Below are positions 1 through 12,978 of a stretch of DNA of 64,000 nt, piece after piece. Numbering within the stretch: the first letter of the stretch is position 1; each line of letters starts with the position of its first letter. A model generated the notes under the pieces. It ran no database searches, was not told the DNA's origin, and was given only the letters and a program-made list of their open reading frames with translations. The DNA comes from Bdellovibrio sp. ZAP7. GTDB lineage: Bacteria; Bdellovibrionota; UBA1018; CAIMNF01. A program made the translations under genes and the position numbers. Location: contig CAMCGZ010000010.1 of assembly GCA_945874535.1 (NCBI GenBank), positions 8,549 through 72,548 of the forward strand, in the 5' to 3' direction.

Positions 1-2578
1 GAGTCGGGTGAGTCCACCCGCCGGATCATGAAGGAATTCATGGGGGCGTTCGTGGATGCCAAGTGGATCGAAGTCGATCCGATCGGCATGGACGAAGTGG
101 CAGAAGGTCAGGCTGAAAGCTACGGGACCCAAGTCTTCCCGGACTATGCCTTTGACCGCGCAGAAATGGTCGTTTCTTTCGGTGCCGACTTCCTCGGAAC
201 CTGGGGTAACCCGGTCGAGAACGGTAAGCGTTGGGCAACGACCCGTAAGCTGGCCGGCAAGAAGGATGACGCTCTCTCGAAGCTCGTCGTTTTCGAAGCC
301 AACATGAGCATCACCGGTGCCAGCGCCGACGAGCGCTTTCCGGTGGTTCCGGGTAACGAAGTGGCCGCGGCCCTCGCGCTCGCACACGAATTGATCGTGA
401 CCCAGAAGCGCGGCAAGTTCGCATCCGTTCAGGAAGTGTCTTCGCTGCTTTCGGGTTCTGTCGAGGAGTGGATCTCCAAGGCTGGAAGTCTCGATCGCGC
501 GAAGGTCAAGAAGATCGCCGAAGAGCTTTGGAATGCCCGTGGTAAGAGCATTGTGGTCGGGCATGGATCGATTGCACTGCAAGCCGTCGTCAACCTGTTG
601 AACAGCACCCTTGAGAACGACGGAAAGACTGTCGATGGAACCGCCGATGTGGTGGCTTACAATTCCTCTACGAAGAATCTGGTCGCCCTCCAGGCAGAGC
701 TCGAAGCAGGCCAGGTGGATGTGCTCGTTGTTCATCGTGCGAACCCGGTTTACTTCCTGCCGAAGGGCGGTGAATTCGGCGAAGCCATGAAGAAGGCCAA
801 GCTCGTGATCGCTGTTACGGATCGAGTGGATGAAACCGCCGAGTTCGCAGACGTGGTGCTTGCCGAGAATCATTATCTCGAGAGCTGGGGTGACGCTCAT
901 CCCAAGGCATCCATGCACTCTTTGCAGCAGCCCACGATCGCGCCTCTTTTCGATACCCGCAGCATGGAAGACATTCTGATCGGATGGACCCGTGGCGGCG
1001 TCAAGGCCGGCGGACTCCTTTCTACGATCGCATCCGGCCCGAAAAACAGTTTTCATGACTACCTGAAAGAGAACTGGAAGCAAACGCTCTATCCGGCTCA
1101 TGGCAAGGGTAAGGCTTTCAAGGATTTCTGGGAACTGACCCTTCAAAATGGTGTTCTCGAGTCCAAAAGTGGCGCAGCCCGTGAACGTGCATTCAAGTCG
1201 GGCTCGCTCAAATCAGCCAAAGACGCGATTGCCGGCCTCAAGAGTCTTTCCCTCGGTAAGAAGAAAATGGGACCTCGTATTGAAGGTTCCGGTTTCGCCC
1301 TCGGGATTTACTCTAAGGTGTCACTCGCGGATGGACGTTCTGCGAACAATGCCTGGCTCCAGGAAATGCCGGATCCGATCAGCACGATCACCTGGGACAA
1401 TTACCTCAACATCGGACCCGCTTCCGCGGCTGAACTCGGTGTCGATACCAACGACGTCGTTCTCCTGAGCGGTGAGGGTTCCAGCTTTGAGATTCCTGTG
1501 AAGGTGCAGCCCGGTATCCTGAAGGGCGTGGTCACCCTCGCCATGGGGTACGGACGGACACGTGCCGGAAAAGTGGGTTCGCTGGTCGGTAAAAACGCTT
1601 TTAAAATGGCGACCTTTTCGGGCGAACGCGGACTGCTTCTGAATCAGGGCACCGTGACCATTGCCAAGACCGGGATGAGGTATCAGCTCGCGGCCATTCA
1701 AGAGCATCACCGGATCATGGGGCGTCCGATTCTGAACGAGGTCACTCTCGAGGAGTACCGTAAGGATCCGAACGCATCCATGGAAGTCGAACCGCCCGTC
1801 AAGATGGCGAAGGTGCCGACACTTTGGGACGCCCCTGTGGACTACTCCAAAAACGAGTACCGCTGGATGCTGGGCGTGGATCTCAACTCCTGTACCGGTT
1901 GCGGCGCTTGCGTGATCGCATGCCAGGCAGAGAACAACACTCCTGTGGTGGGCCGCGATCGCGTCCGCCAGAGTCGTGAGATGCACTGGATGCGGATCGA
2001 CCGTTACTACAGCGGCGACGAGACGAATCCGACCGTGGTCTTCCAGCCGATGATGTGTCAGCACTGTGAAAACGCACCGTGCGAGACCGTCTGTCCGGTG
2101 GTGGCGACTTCTCACAGCGATGACGGCCTCAATCAGATGACTTACAGCCGTTGCGTGGGGACCCGTTATTGTCAGAATAACTGTCCTTACAAAACCCGTC
2201 GTTTCAACTTCTTCGATCATTGGAAAGACTACAAGGACACCATGAACATGGTTTGGAACCCGGACGTCACTGTGCGTTCGAGGGGGATCATGGAGAAGTG
2301 CACGTTCTGTGTCCAGCGGATCAACGAATCCAAGAGCAAGGCGAAGGACAATAAGACCAAGATCAAGGACGGTGATCTGCGGACCGCGTGTCAGCAGACC
2401 TGTCCGACCGACGCCATTGTATTCGGAAACGTGAACGACAAGGAAAGTCAGATTTCGAAATGGATTTCCAATCCCCGGACCTTCCGGTCGATGGAGATTC
2501 TCAACACCCGTCCGGCTGTGAACTACCTCACGAAGGTCAGAAACGCCGAAGGCGAACACCATGCAGGAGGCAAAGAAC

Positions 2579-2592
<14 letters not shown>
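1..2592 (+). CDS. actB: Alternative Complex III subunit ActB (molybdopterin-oxidoreductase-like domain fused to a 4x[4Fe-4S] ferredoxin domain); 5' end cut by the window edge
   Basis: The frame is open from nt 1 to the stop at 2590. Four cysteine clusters ([43 protein letters not shown]...CQQTCP) match NrfC/PsrB-type FeS subunits. It is followed by NrfD-like, DUF3341-like, monoheme cytochrome c and NrfD-like genes in the canonical act order. Confidence 0.85.
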
Positions 2593-3959
<1,367 letters not shown>

Positions 3960-3967
<8 letters not shown>

Positions 3968-4532
3968 GGAGAACACAGGTCCAGTTCTGTCGGGCGTCGT
4001 CGGGTTTTTCGATGATCCGGAAAGTCTGATCGAGGCAACTGCCAAGGTCCGTGATTCGGATTACAAGGACTTCGATTGTTTCACCCCGTATGCGGTTCAT
4101 GGGCTCGAGCATGCGCAGGGGCTGGCCCGTTCGAAGGTGCCTTACGTTACCGGAGCACTGGCATTCACGGGTACCGCCACCGCCTTCGCGTGGCAGTATG
4201 CCGCATCGAAGACCTGGTGGCCGCACATCATCGGTGGAAAGCCTTTCAACTCTCTCCCGGCTTTTGTTCCGATCATGTTCGAACTCTCGGTTCTGTTCGG
4301 GGGAATCGCCACGTTTCTCGCCATGTTGGCGTTCAACCGGCTTCCCAATTTGAGCAAGCGGTCGTTCGATCCGTCGATCACCAACAACCGGTTCGCCATC
4401 ATGATCGAAAGTCCTCCAGCATCGGATGATGATGAGACTCCGGTCGAGTTCTCCGCCGAGAAAGCAGAAGCTTTCCTGAAATCGCTCGGCGCGAAGGACA
4501 CCAGAAAAGTGTTTGAAGAGGGGTGGTTCTGA
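3960..4532 (+). CDS. actD: Alternative Complex III subunit ActD (DUF3341-type small membrane subunit)
   Basis: 190 aa with two hydrophobic segments. It overlaps the actC stop by 8 nt. Its position between the NrfD-like gene and the monoheme cytochrome c gene is the conserved ACIII order. Confidence 0.72.
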
Positions 4533-4533
4533 A

Positions 4534-5124
4534 ATGAAAACCTTGGTTCAGATTTCGTTCTTGTCCGTACTGGGCGGTTTGCTCGGCGGTTGTTACGTGA
4601 AGCACTCGAAGCCGTACTATGTGTACGCTCCAGACATGCACTACAGTGTGGCTCTCAAGGCCCAGGAGGAAGGTGCTACCCGTTCTCCGGTTGAGGGTAC
4701 TGTACCGCGTGACTTCAGGCCTTACTCTTATGTTTCTATCGAAGAGTCCAAAGCCAACCTGAACCCGCTTCCTCGCAACAAGGAAACACTCCTGAGCGGG
4801 AAGTCACTCTTCAATACCTATTGTATCGTTTGCCACGGTCAATACGGCGAGGGTGACGGTAATGTGGTGGCCATGAAAGACTGGCCACGCCCGCTTTATC
4901 CCCGGCCCCCCAGTCTTCAGAGTGACAAAGTCCGTGACTACAAGGACGGACAGATTTTCCATGTCATCACCATGGGTCAGAATCTGATGCCTTCTTACGC
5001 TGAAAAGCTGAATGAAGAAGAACGTTGGGCTGTGGTCCATTACGTCCGGGCTCTTTACCGGGCCAAACACCCGAATGCCGAGGACCTGAAGAAGGCCGAA
5101 GGCTACGTGGAAGAGAATCTCTGA
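4534..5124 (+). CDS. actE: Alternative Complex III monoheme cytochrome c subunit ActE (lipoprotein-like N-terminus)
   Basis: There is a single CIVCHGQYGEGDG heme-binding motif. The N-terminus MKTLVQISFLSVLGGLLGGC has a lipobox-like Cys. A GAGGGG RBS lies upstream of the ATG at 4534. Confidence 0.8.
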   Translation: MKTLVQISFLSVLGGLLGGCYVKHSKPYYVYAPDMHYSVALKAQEEGATRSPVEGTVPRDFRPYSYVSIEESKANLNPLPRNKETLLSGKSLFNTYCIVCHGQYGEGDGNVVAMKDWPRPLYPRPPSLQSDKVRDYKDGQIFHVITMGQNLMPSYAEKLNEEERWAVVHYVRALYRAKHPNAEDLKKAEGYVEENL

Positions 5125-5144
5125 GAAAGGATTGGTAAAGAAGC

Positions 5145-6353
5145 ATGGGACACGCACACGCGATGGATCACAAGATTGAGAACCCCGGACGCCTCAGGGC
5201 CTCCGGTTTCATGACCGGGCTGTTTTCGTTTTTCATTTTGCTCGGATTGGTCTCTTTTTTCGTGCTCTTTTCGATTGATCAAAAGCACGCTTGGTCGGCC
5301 GTACTCCGGTCGCACTTTTATTTTCTTGCGATCTCGATGACCGCACTCTTCTTCGTGGTGATCCAATGGGTGACCACATCGATGTGGAGTGCTCCTGTCC
5401 GCCGGATCGCCGAGGGCTTCACCGCCTATATCCCTTTCATCCTGGTGTCGACCTTGCTGGTTTTCGCCGGGTCAAAGTCATTGTTCATGTGGCTCGATCC
5501 CGCCCACACGCACGGTGATCATGTGATCGAAGGAAAGCTCGGTTATCTCAACATGACCTTCTTCAGCATCCGGACCCTCATCGCCGTATTGGGTTGGGCG
5601 TTCTTCGCGAATAAGATCGTAGGCGCCTCATTGAAGACCGATAACGGGGCCGACTACAAGGCTGCGTACGAGAACAACCGTAAGTGGGGTGTCGGGTTCC
5701 TGGTGTTTTTCGCCATTACCTTCTCGATGGGTGCTTTCGATCAGCTCATGTCGCTTGATCCGCACTTTTTCTCGACCATGTTCGGGGTTTACACTTTCGC
5801 GGGTGCTTATCAGACATTCTTTGCGATGCTGGCCATCGTGGTGATTTTGATGAAGCGTTCCGGATACCTGAGCAAAGTCGTGAATGAGAACCACATCCAC
5901 GATATCGCCAAGCTCATGTTCGCCTTCACGGTTTTTTGGGCGTACACCGGCTTTTCGCAATACATGTTGATCTGGTACGCCAACTTGCCAGAGGAAACCG
6001 GTTACTTCTTGCTCCGTTTCAACGAGGGTTGGACTCCATGGACCCTTTCCCTTTTCGCGGGCAAGTTCCTGCTTCCTTTCTTCTTGTTGCTTCCTCGCGG
6101 AAACAAGAGAAGTGAGGAGATCGTATTCCTCACTGCTTGCTGGATCCTGATCACCGAGTACTTCGATCTCAACTGGATGATTCAGCCTCAGATTTTTGAA
6201 GGCGGACCGAAGTTCCATCTCGCCGACATCGGGATTTGGCTCGGATTTCTCGGAGTATTCGGTATGCTGGTGAGCCGTTTCTACCGCAAAAACAACGTCC
6301 TGGCGATCAAGGACCCGTACTTGCCGGACTCGGTATTCCATCATCATATCTGA
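5145..6353 (+). CDS. actF: Alternative Complex III subunit ActF (second NrfD-like membrane subunit)
   Basis: 402-aa polytopic membrane protein paralogous to ActC. It is the last act gene, followed by a hairpin and T-tract. Confidence 0.8.
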   Translation: MGHAHAMDHKIENPGRLRASGFMTGLFSFFILLGLVSFFVLFSIDQKHAWSAVLRSHFYFLAISMTALFFVVIQWVTTSMWSAPVRRIAEGFTAYIPFILVSTLLVFAGSKSLFMWLDPAHTHGDHVIEGKLGYLNMTFFSIRTLIAVLGWAFFANKIVGASLKTDNGADYKAAYENNRKWGVGFLVFFAITFSMGAFDQLMSLDPHFFSTMFGVYTFAGAYQTFFAMLAIVVILMKRSGYLSKVVNENHIHDIAKLMFAFTVFWAYTGFSQYMLIWYANLPEETGYFLLRFNEGWTPWTLSLFAGKFLLPFFLLLPRGNKRSEEIVFLTACWILITEYFDLNWMIQPQIFEGGPKFHLADIGIWLGFLGVFGMLVSRFYRKNNVLAIKDPYLPDSVFHHHI

Positions 6354-6374
6354 TGCATCGAAACAGTTTGAACA

Positions 6375-6410
6375 GAAGGCGTCGGAGGGTTCCTCCGGCG
6401 CCTTTTTATT
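6375..6410 (+). terminator. Rho-independent terminator after actF (in the gap between actF and the convergent regulator gene)
   Basis: 13-bp GC-rich stem AAGGCGTCGGAGG / CCTCCGGCGCCTT with one mismatch and a 3-nt loop, followed by TTTTTATTT. Confidence 0.6.
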
Positions 6411-6924
6411 TCACATCGAACATGTTCTTGAGTTGTTCGGGCTCGATCTGAGAGAGAGCGAGCATGGCCTGAAGGGTGTTTTCAGCGCCGTGGATCATCA
6501 GCCCCAGGGTTTCGAGGCGTCCGGTCTCGAGCATGGATGGATCCGCGCCCGACTCCGCAAGGCTTTGCAGGAGGCGGAACTCTTCATTGGTTTTCTTGAG
6601 TAGTTCCTGCTCACGGGTCACCAGGACTTGCCGGATGGCAGAAAAGACATCCGGGTTGGCCACGTAGAATTTGTTTTTCTTGTTCAGGCTCTCTTCGGTT
6701 TGAAGCACCAGCCCGTAATGCATCAGATCCTTCATGGTCAGGCTGATCAGTGCCTTCGAAACCTTGAGGCGGGCGATCAATTCTTGCGCGGACACCGGAC
6801 GGGGAGAGAGGTAAAGGTGGGTCCAGATCATCCCGTGGATTCTCTTGAATCCCCAGTATTCAATGAAAGTCCCGACTTTCTCGGCGAGTCGATTGACATG
6901 ACTCAATGTGGATTGACGTTTCAT
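6406..6924 (-). CDS. Winged-helix transcriptional regulator, GbsR/MarR-like
   Basis: 172 aa. The N-terminal motif IEYWGFKRIHGMIWTHLYLSPRPVSAQELIARLKVSKALISLTMKDLMHYGLV is typical of GbsR-type wHTH repressors. It is divergent from the OsmC-like gene. Confidence 0.7.
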   Translation of the reverse strand: MKRQSTLSHVNRLAEKVGTFIEYWGFKRIHGMIWTHLYLSPRPVSAQELIARLKVSKALISLTMKDLMHYGLVLQTEESLNKKNKFYVANPDVFSAIRQVLVTREQELLKKTNEEFRLLQSLAESGADPSMLETGRLETLGLMIHGAENTLQAMLALSQIEPEQLKNMFDVK

Positions 6925-6983
6925 GAGTTTATATTATCTTAAACTATCAGGTGCCAAATGTCAGCGCCCCGGAGGAATAAATT

Positions 6984-7433
6984 ATGGTTCAATACCCCCT
7001 CAAATTCTCTGTTTCTGCTGAAGGAGCCTCAGGAATCGATTCGACCTGGATGACTCAGGTACCGGGGAGTGGTCCCGGGGAGTGGCGTGAGTTGAAGGGA
7101 GCGATTCCTCCTGAATTCCAAGGCCCGGGGGGAGGGTATTCTCCGGAGGACTTTTACGCACTGGCCTTGCTGAATTGCTTCATGGCGACTTTCCGCGTGA
7201 TCGCCGCGAAGTCCCAACTGGTGTACCAGTCCATTCGATTGAAGGGTGAGCTCGTGGTGGATCGGGATGAAAAGGGAGCCCCCTGGATGAAGCACTTTAC
7301 TCTGAACGCTGCTGTGTCGGGGGCTGTTGACCCGGAGCGAGCGAAACGACTTTTGGAGAAGGCCAGTCAATCCTGCCTGATTCTCAACTCGGTCAAGACC
7401 GGCAAAACTTTTGAGTTTGAAGCTCAGGCTTAG
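6984..7433 (+). CDS. OsmC/Ohr-family peroxiredoxin-like protein
   Basis: 149 aa with an OsmC-like core (GGYSPEDFYALALLNCFMATF) containing the conserved Cys. A GGAGGAATAA RBS lies upstream. Confidence 0.78.
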   Translation: MVQYPLKFSVSAEGASGIDSTWMTQVPGSGPGEWRELKGAIPPEFQGPGGGYSPEDFYALALLNCFMATFRVIAAKSQLVYQSIRLKGELVVDRDEKGAPWMKHFTLNAAVSGAVDPERAKRLLEKASQSCLILNSVKTGKTFEFEAQA

Positions 7434-7636
7434 GCCGCTTTTTTCTCGTTTCCGGAGTTGGTATTCCGTCGAGTGGGGAAAGGAATCACTTGGGCCATGG
7501 GCCGCTCCTGGTCCCCTTGGGTCTCTAACTTATCCCGCTCAGATTTCAGGCGGTTGATGAGCTCCCGGTTGAGTTTTTCGAAGTAGAATTCCTCGGCATC
7601 ATAGCCCGCATGGGACCAATCGTGTTTGCTCAGCAT
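7430..7636 (-). CDS. Small hypothetical protein (68 aa from the internal ATG)
   Basis: ORF convergent with osmC, sharing a 4-nt stop overlap. It is charged and coiled-coil-like (EEFYFEKLNRELINRLKSERDKLE). No recognisable domain. Confidence 0.3.
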   Translation of the reverse strand: MLSKHDWSHAGYDAEEFYFEKLNRELINRLKSERDKLETQGDQERPMAQVIPFPTRRNTNSGNEKKAA

Positions 7637-7717
7637 AGTACTTAACAGTATAACGCGTTGCGAAAACTTCGCAATAAGCAAAATTCTTCATGTATGCAGT
7701 GAGTTAGCGAAGATCTG

Positions 7718-8671
7718 TCAGGAGCGGGGGTGGAGCCAGATCGACCACAGATCCGCTGTGATCACAAATAGATAGACCATCATGCTGAAGTTGATGCTCA
7801 AGAAAAACCTGAGCCAAGTCTTCTGAGCAGGATGATAGAGGAATCGCAGAAGTTCGAAGATCAGCCAAGTGCTGGTGAGCAAGCTTCCTGTGAGCCCCAG
7901 GATTCCAATGGGGAAGAACAGGGGTGAGAGGAGTCCGAGTGCTGCGTAGGCCAGACACCAGAGGGTGATCTGAAATCGAGTGACGCCGGTGCCTTTGGCA
8001 ACAGGTAGGGTGGGGAATCCGCCTTGGTGGTAGTCCTCCGAGTACTTGAGAGCCAGGACCCAGAAGTGAGGCATCTGCCAGAAAAAGAGAATGGCGAACA
8101 GATAGTAGCCTCTGAGGTCGGTGAGGCTCCCGTTCGCGGCGACAAATCCGATCCAGATCGGAAGGGCGCCGGGGATGGCGCCCGGTATGGCGGCGAAGGC
8201 GAGTTTCTTCTTCCACCAAAGGGTGTAGAGTCCGTTGTAACTGATCACTGCTGTCCATCCGAGGATCAGAACCGGTGTGGACACCCAGCTCAGTAACAGT
8301 GTCCCGAATGCCAGAAGGAAAAGCGTCAGGCTCCAAGCCGAGGCCAGCGTCACCCGTCCGCTTGGAAGCGGTCGGTCGCGTGTCCGGTCCATCTGTGCGT
8401 CTTGTTCTCTTTCCTGGATTTGATTCAGTGCACCTGCTGCGAGTGCCAGGCAAGAAACGCCCGTTAGGGCCAGGATGAATCGCGACCAATCAAAAGGTAG
8501 CTCGAAGGGGTGGCCGATCATGAACCCCGCAGCCAAAGTGATGGCCTCGAGCAGGACGATTTCCGCTTTAGTCAGTCTGAGGATGACCTTGGTCCGATCC
8601 AAAATTTTTGTCATGGTAGTGTCAATATTTTTATTACGGAATCCGGTTCCTGCTGTTAAGGTATTCTTCAT
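7718..8671 (-). CDS. ctaB: Protoheme IX farnesyltransferase (heme O synthase), UbiA family
   Basis: Polytopic UbiA-type prenyltransferase of about 300 aa, divergent from the sco1-cox operon. An alternative ATG at 8614 would give 298 aa. Confidence 0.85.
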   Translation of the reverse strand: MKNTLTAGTGFRNKNIDTTMTKILDRTKVILRLTKAEIVLLEAITLAAGFMIGHPFELPFDWSRFILALTGVSCLALAAGALNQIQEREQDAQMDRTRDRPLPSGRVTLASAWSLTLFLLAFGTLLLSWVSTPVLILGWTAVISYNGLYTLWWKKKLAFAAIPGAIPGALPIWIGFVAANGSLTDLRGYYLFAILFFWQMPHFWVLALKYSEDYHQGGFPTLPVAKGTGVTRFQITLWCLAYAALGLLSPLFFPIGILGLTGSLLTSTWLIFELLRFLYHPAQKTWLRFFLSINFSMMVYLFVITADLWSIWLHPRS

Positions 8672-8687
8672 ACGAAGAGGGTGTTTT

Positions 8688-9578
8688 GTGAAGCTGCATT
8701 TTGGAAAAAATGCGATTTTTTGCGTCCTGTTGCTGGGTCTTGCTGGCCCGGTGTCCTCGCGCGCAGATTCCGCTGCACCTGCAAAACCCGCTCAAGTCGA
8801 GTTGAAGGGCGATCCTAAAAAAGTACCCCAGGAGCTCGATGGTGTCGGTGTTTCGGAACACCTCGGAGAGCGGGTGGACCTTGCGGGAATCGAGTTCACT
8901 GATTCCGCTGACGGCAAGCCCAAGAAGCTCATTGAATTCTTCTCGAGCGGCAAGCCTGTGATTCTCAACCTTGTGTACTACGAGTGTCCGATGTTGTGCA
9001 CCATGGTGCTGAACGGACTGACAGACGGGATCAAAGGGCTTCAGTGGAGTGTCGGAAAAGAGTTCCGTGTGGTCACAGTGAGCATCAATCCAAAAGAGTC
9101 TTCCCAGATGGCTCTTGGGAAAAAAGAAGTTTATCTGGAGGAATATTTTGACGGCGCTCAAAGGAACGCCGATGTGGCCAAGGCTGGTTGGCACTTCCTG
9201 ACCGGAACGGAAGAACAGATTAAGAAGCTTTCTACCCAGGTGGGTTTCAACTTCAAATACGATGCTTTCCAGAAGCAGTACGCGCATCCGGCTGTGACTT
9301 TTATTCTGACGCCTGAAGGTGTGATTTCCCGTTATCTTTACGGTGTGACCTATCAGCCGAGGGATCTCAAGCTCGCATTGCTTGAGGCCTCGCAGGGCAA
9401 GATCGGCAATGTGCTCGATCGCCTTCTCATGTTTTGCTATCACTACGAGCCCTCCGCTCGGGGGTATTCCCTCCAGGCATTCCGGGTGATGCAATTGGGC
9501 GCTGCTCTCACAACGCTCCTGTTGGGCTCATATTTAAGCATCTTTTGGACCAGACAAAGGAAAGGAAAAACGAAATGA
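8688..9578 (+). CDS. sco1: SCO1/SenC copper chaperone for CuA assembly
   Basis: Thioredoxin-like fold with the CPMLC (CxxxC) motif and a downstream His. A GTG start at 8688 is preceded by GAAGAGGG and a signal-peptide-like N-terminus (VKLHFGKNAIFCVLLLGLAGPVSSRA). The annotated upstream extension from 8475 overlaps ctaB and was discounted. Confidence 0.78.
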   Translation: MKLHFGKNAIFCVLLLGLAGPVSSRADSAAPAKPAQVELKGDPKKVPQELDGVGVSEHLGERVDLAGIEFTDSADGKPKKLIEFFSSGKPVILNLVYYECPMLCTMVLNGLTDGIKGLQWSVGKEFRVVTVSINPKESSQMALGKKEVYLEEYFDGAQRNADVAKAGWHFLTGTEEQIKKLSTQVGFNFKYDAFQKQYAHPAVTFILTPEGVISRYLYGVTYQPRDLKLALLEASQGKIGNVLDRLLMFCYHYEPSARGYSLQAFRVMQLGAALTTLLLGSYLSIFWTRQRKGKTK

Positions 9579-10648
9579 ACAAGCTGCTGCTTTGCTTGCT
9601 CTTCATCACCACAACCGCACAGGCCACCACCGTTCCGGTGGCAGGGACGGACGTTGCCCAGAGTTGGGATGCGATCTATTGGTTCTTGGTGTACCTCAGT
9701 CTCATCTTCTTCGTGGGGATTGTGGCTGCAATGCTCATCTTTGCGATCAAGTATCGCAGCGGGGTGTTCAAGAAGCCGAAGTACATCCACGGGAATACCC
9801 CTCTCGAGATCATCTGGACGGTGATTCCCACCATTCTCCTCTTCATCTGTTTCGGATGGGGTTGGCAGGTTTACAAGGAAATGATTCACGCACCGTCTGA
9901 CTCGATGGAAGTCCGTGTGATCGGGAAACAGTGGCTGTGGCAATTCGTTTACAAGAACGGCACCAGCAGTGTGGGTGATCTTTTTGTTCCGGCCAATAAG
10001 CCCGTAAAATTGATCATGTCCTCCGAAGATGTGTTGCACGCTTTTTTCATCCCGAACTTCCGGGTGAAAAAGGATGTCGTTCCGGGAATGTATTCAAGCG
10101 TCTGGTTCGAGGCGAAGGTTCCGGGGATCCATCAGGTGTATTGCACCGAGTACTGCGGAACCTCGCACTCCGGAATGTTGGCCCGTCTGATTGTTTTGAA
10201 TGAAGCGCAATGGAAAGACTGGTTGTCCGGTAAGAAGATCGATGTGGATTCTCTTCCTGCCGATCCGACCTTCCCCGGATTCCGGGCCAATCGCCTGGGT
10301 GAGGGAATGCCTGAAGCCCAAGCGGGCGCCAAGTCGGGTGGACAGCTGAGCCTCGCCGACAAAGGGAAAGCTCTGGTTTCGGCGAAGGGTTGTGTCGCTT
10401 GCCACTCTTCAGACGGCTCCAAATTGGTCGGTCCTTCTTACAAGGGACTTTATGGAAGAGATGAAAAAGTGGTGGAGGGCGGAAAAACCGTCACAGTCAC
10501 CGCTGATGAAAACTACCTTCGCGAGTCGATCGAGAATCCCTTGGCAAAGGTTGTTGAAGGTTATCCGCCTTCGATGCCTCCCTACAAAGGTCTCGTGAAC
10601 GAGGAAGAGCTCGGCGCGATCATCGAATACATCAAGAGTTTGAAATAA
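9575..10648 (+). CDS. coxB: Cytochrome c oxidase subunit II (CuA) with C-terminal fused monoheme cytochrome c domain (caa3 type)
   Basis: Signal peptide MNKLLLCLLFITTTAQA, two TM helices, and the cupredoxin CuA motif (HAFFIPNF...CTEYCGTSHSGM). The C-terminus carries CVACHSSDG and a PPSMPPY Met/Pro region. The ATG overlaps the sco1 stop (ATGA). Confidence 0.9.
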   Translation: MNKLLLCLLFITTTAQATTVPVAGTDVAQSWDAIYWFLVYLSLIFFVGIVAAMLIFAIKYRSGVFKKPKYIHGNTPLEIIWTVIPTILLFICFGWGWQVYKEMIHAPSDSMEVRVIGKQWLWQFVYKNGTSSVGDLFVPANKPVKLIMSSEDVLHAFFIPNFRVKKDVVPGMYSSVWFEAKVPGIHQVYCTEYCGTSHSGMLARLIVLNEAQWKDWLSGKKIDVDSLPADPTFPGFRANRLGEGMPEAQAGAKSGGQLSLADKGKALVSAKGCVACHSSDGSKLVGPSYKGLYGRDEKVVEGGKTVTVTADENYLRESIENPLAKVVEGYPPSMPPYKGLVNEEELGAIIEYIKSLK

Positions 10649-10666
10649 TAGAAGGAGAACGACAAT

Positions 10667-12289
<1,623 letters not shown>

Positions 12290-12303
12290 GAAAGGAAAGT
12301 ATC

Positions 12304-12963
12304 ATGGCTCAAGCTACCGGCTCAGTACCGCATCATGAACGGCACCATGCCCATCATTTCAAGACAGGCATGGAAGAATTCGAAGCATGCAAGCAGGGGA
12401 TGTGGATTTTCCTCGTGACCGAGGTCCTCTTCTTCGCTGGTATGTTCATGGCTTACGCCGTTCTCCGTGTTTTCTATCCTCAGATGATGAAGGATGTTCA
12501 TCAGCTGTTGAATTGGAAAATGGGGGCGCTCAATACCGTGATTCTGATCAGCAGCTCGCTTTCTATGGCGCTGGCGGTGTCTGCGGCCCAGAGGGGCGAG
12601 CGTGAGAAGATCGTCCGGAATCTTTGGATCACCCTCATGTTCGCTGCGGGATTCTTGGTGGTGAAGTACTTCGAGTATTCACACAAGATCCATGAGGCGA
12701 TTCTCCCGGGTAAGCTTTATGCCTACCACGAGTTGAGCGTGGCCAAGGCGCCGCTGTTTTTCTCGGTCTATTTCGTGATGACCGGAATCCACGGTCTCCA
12801 CGTGATTATCGGTATGGGCGTGATTTACTGGCTCATCCGCCGGGCTTCCCGTAACGAGTTCGGTCCGAATTATTTCACTCCGGTCGAGATGACCGGACTT
12901 TACTGGCACTTCGTGGATCTGGTTTGGATTTACCTGTTCCCGTTGCTGTATCTGGTGAGCTGA
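12304..12963 (+). CDS. coxC: Cytochrome c oxidase subunit III
   Basis: 219-aa polytopic protein with a subunit III-like C-terminal pattern (FTPVEMTGLYWHFVDLVWIYLFPLLY). Confidence 0.87.
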   Translation: MAQATGSVPHHERHHAHHFKTGMEEFEACKQGMWIFLVTEVLFFAGMFMAYAVLRVFYPQMMKDVHQLLNWKMGALNTVILISSSLSMALAVSAAQRGEREKIVRNLWITLMFAAGFLVVKYFEYSHKIHEAILPGKLYAYHELSVAKAPLFFSVYFVMTGIHGLHVIIGMGVIYWLIRRASRNEFGPNYFTPVEMTGLYWHFVDLVWIYLFPLLYLVS

Positions 12964-12978
12964 GGAGAGGAAGATAAT

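Noticed and set aside
8475-8687. Upstream extension of the sco1 ORF (and 9434-9574 for coxB, 33534-33698 for murI, 20005-20025 for the kinase)
   Set aside because: The extensions overlap neighbouring genes or promoters and encode non-conserved sequence. Internal starts with RBS or signal-peptide logic were preferred.
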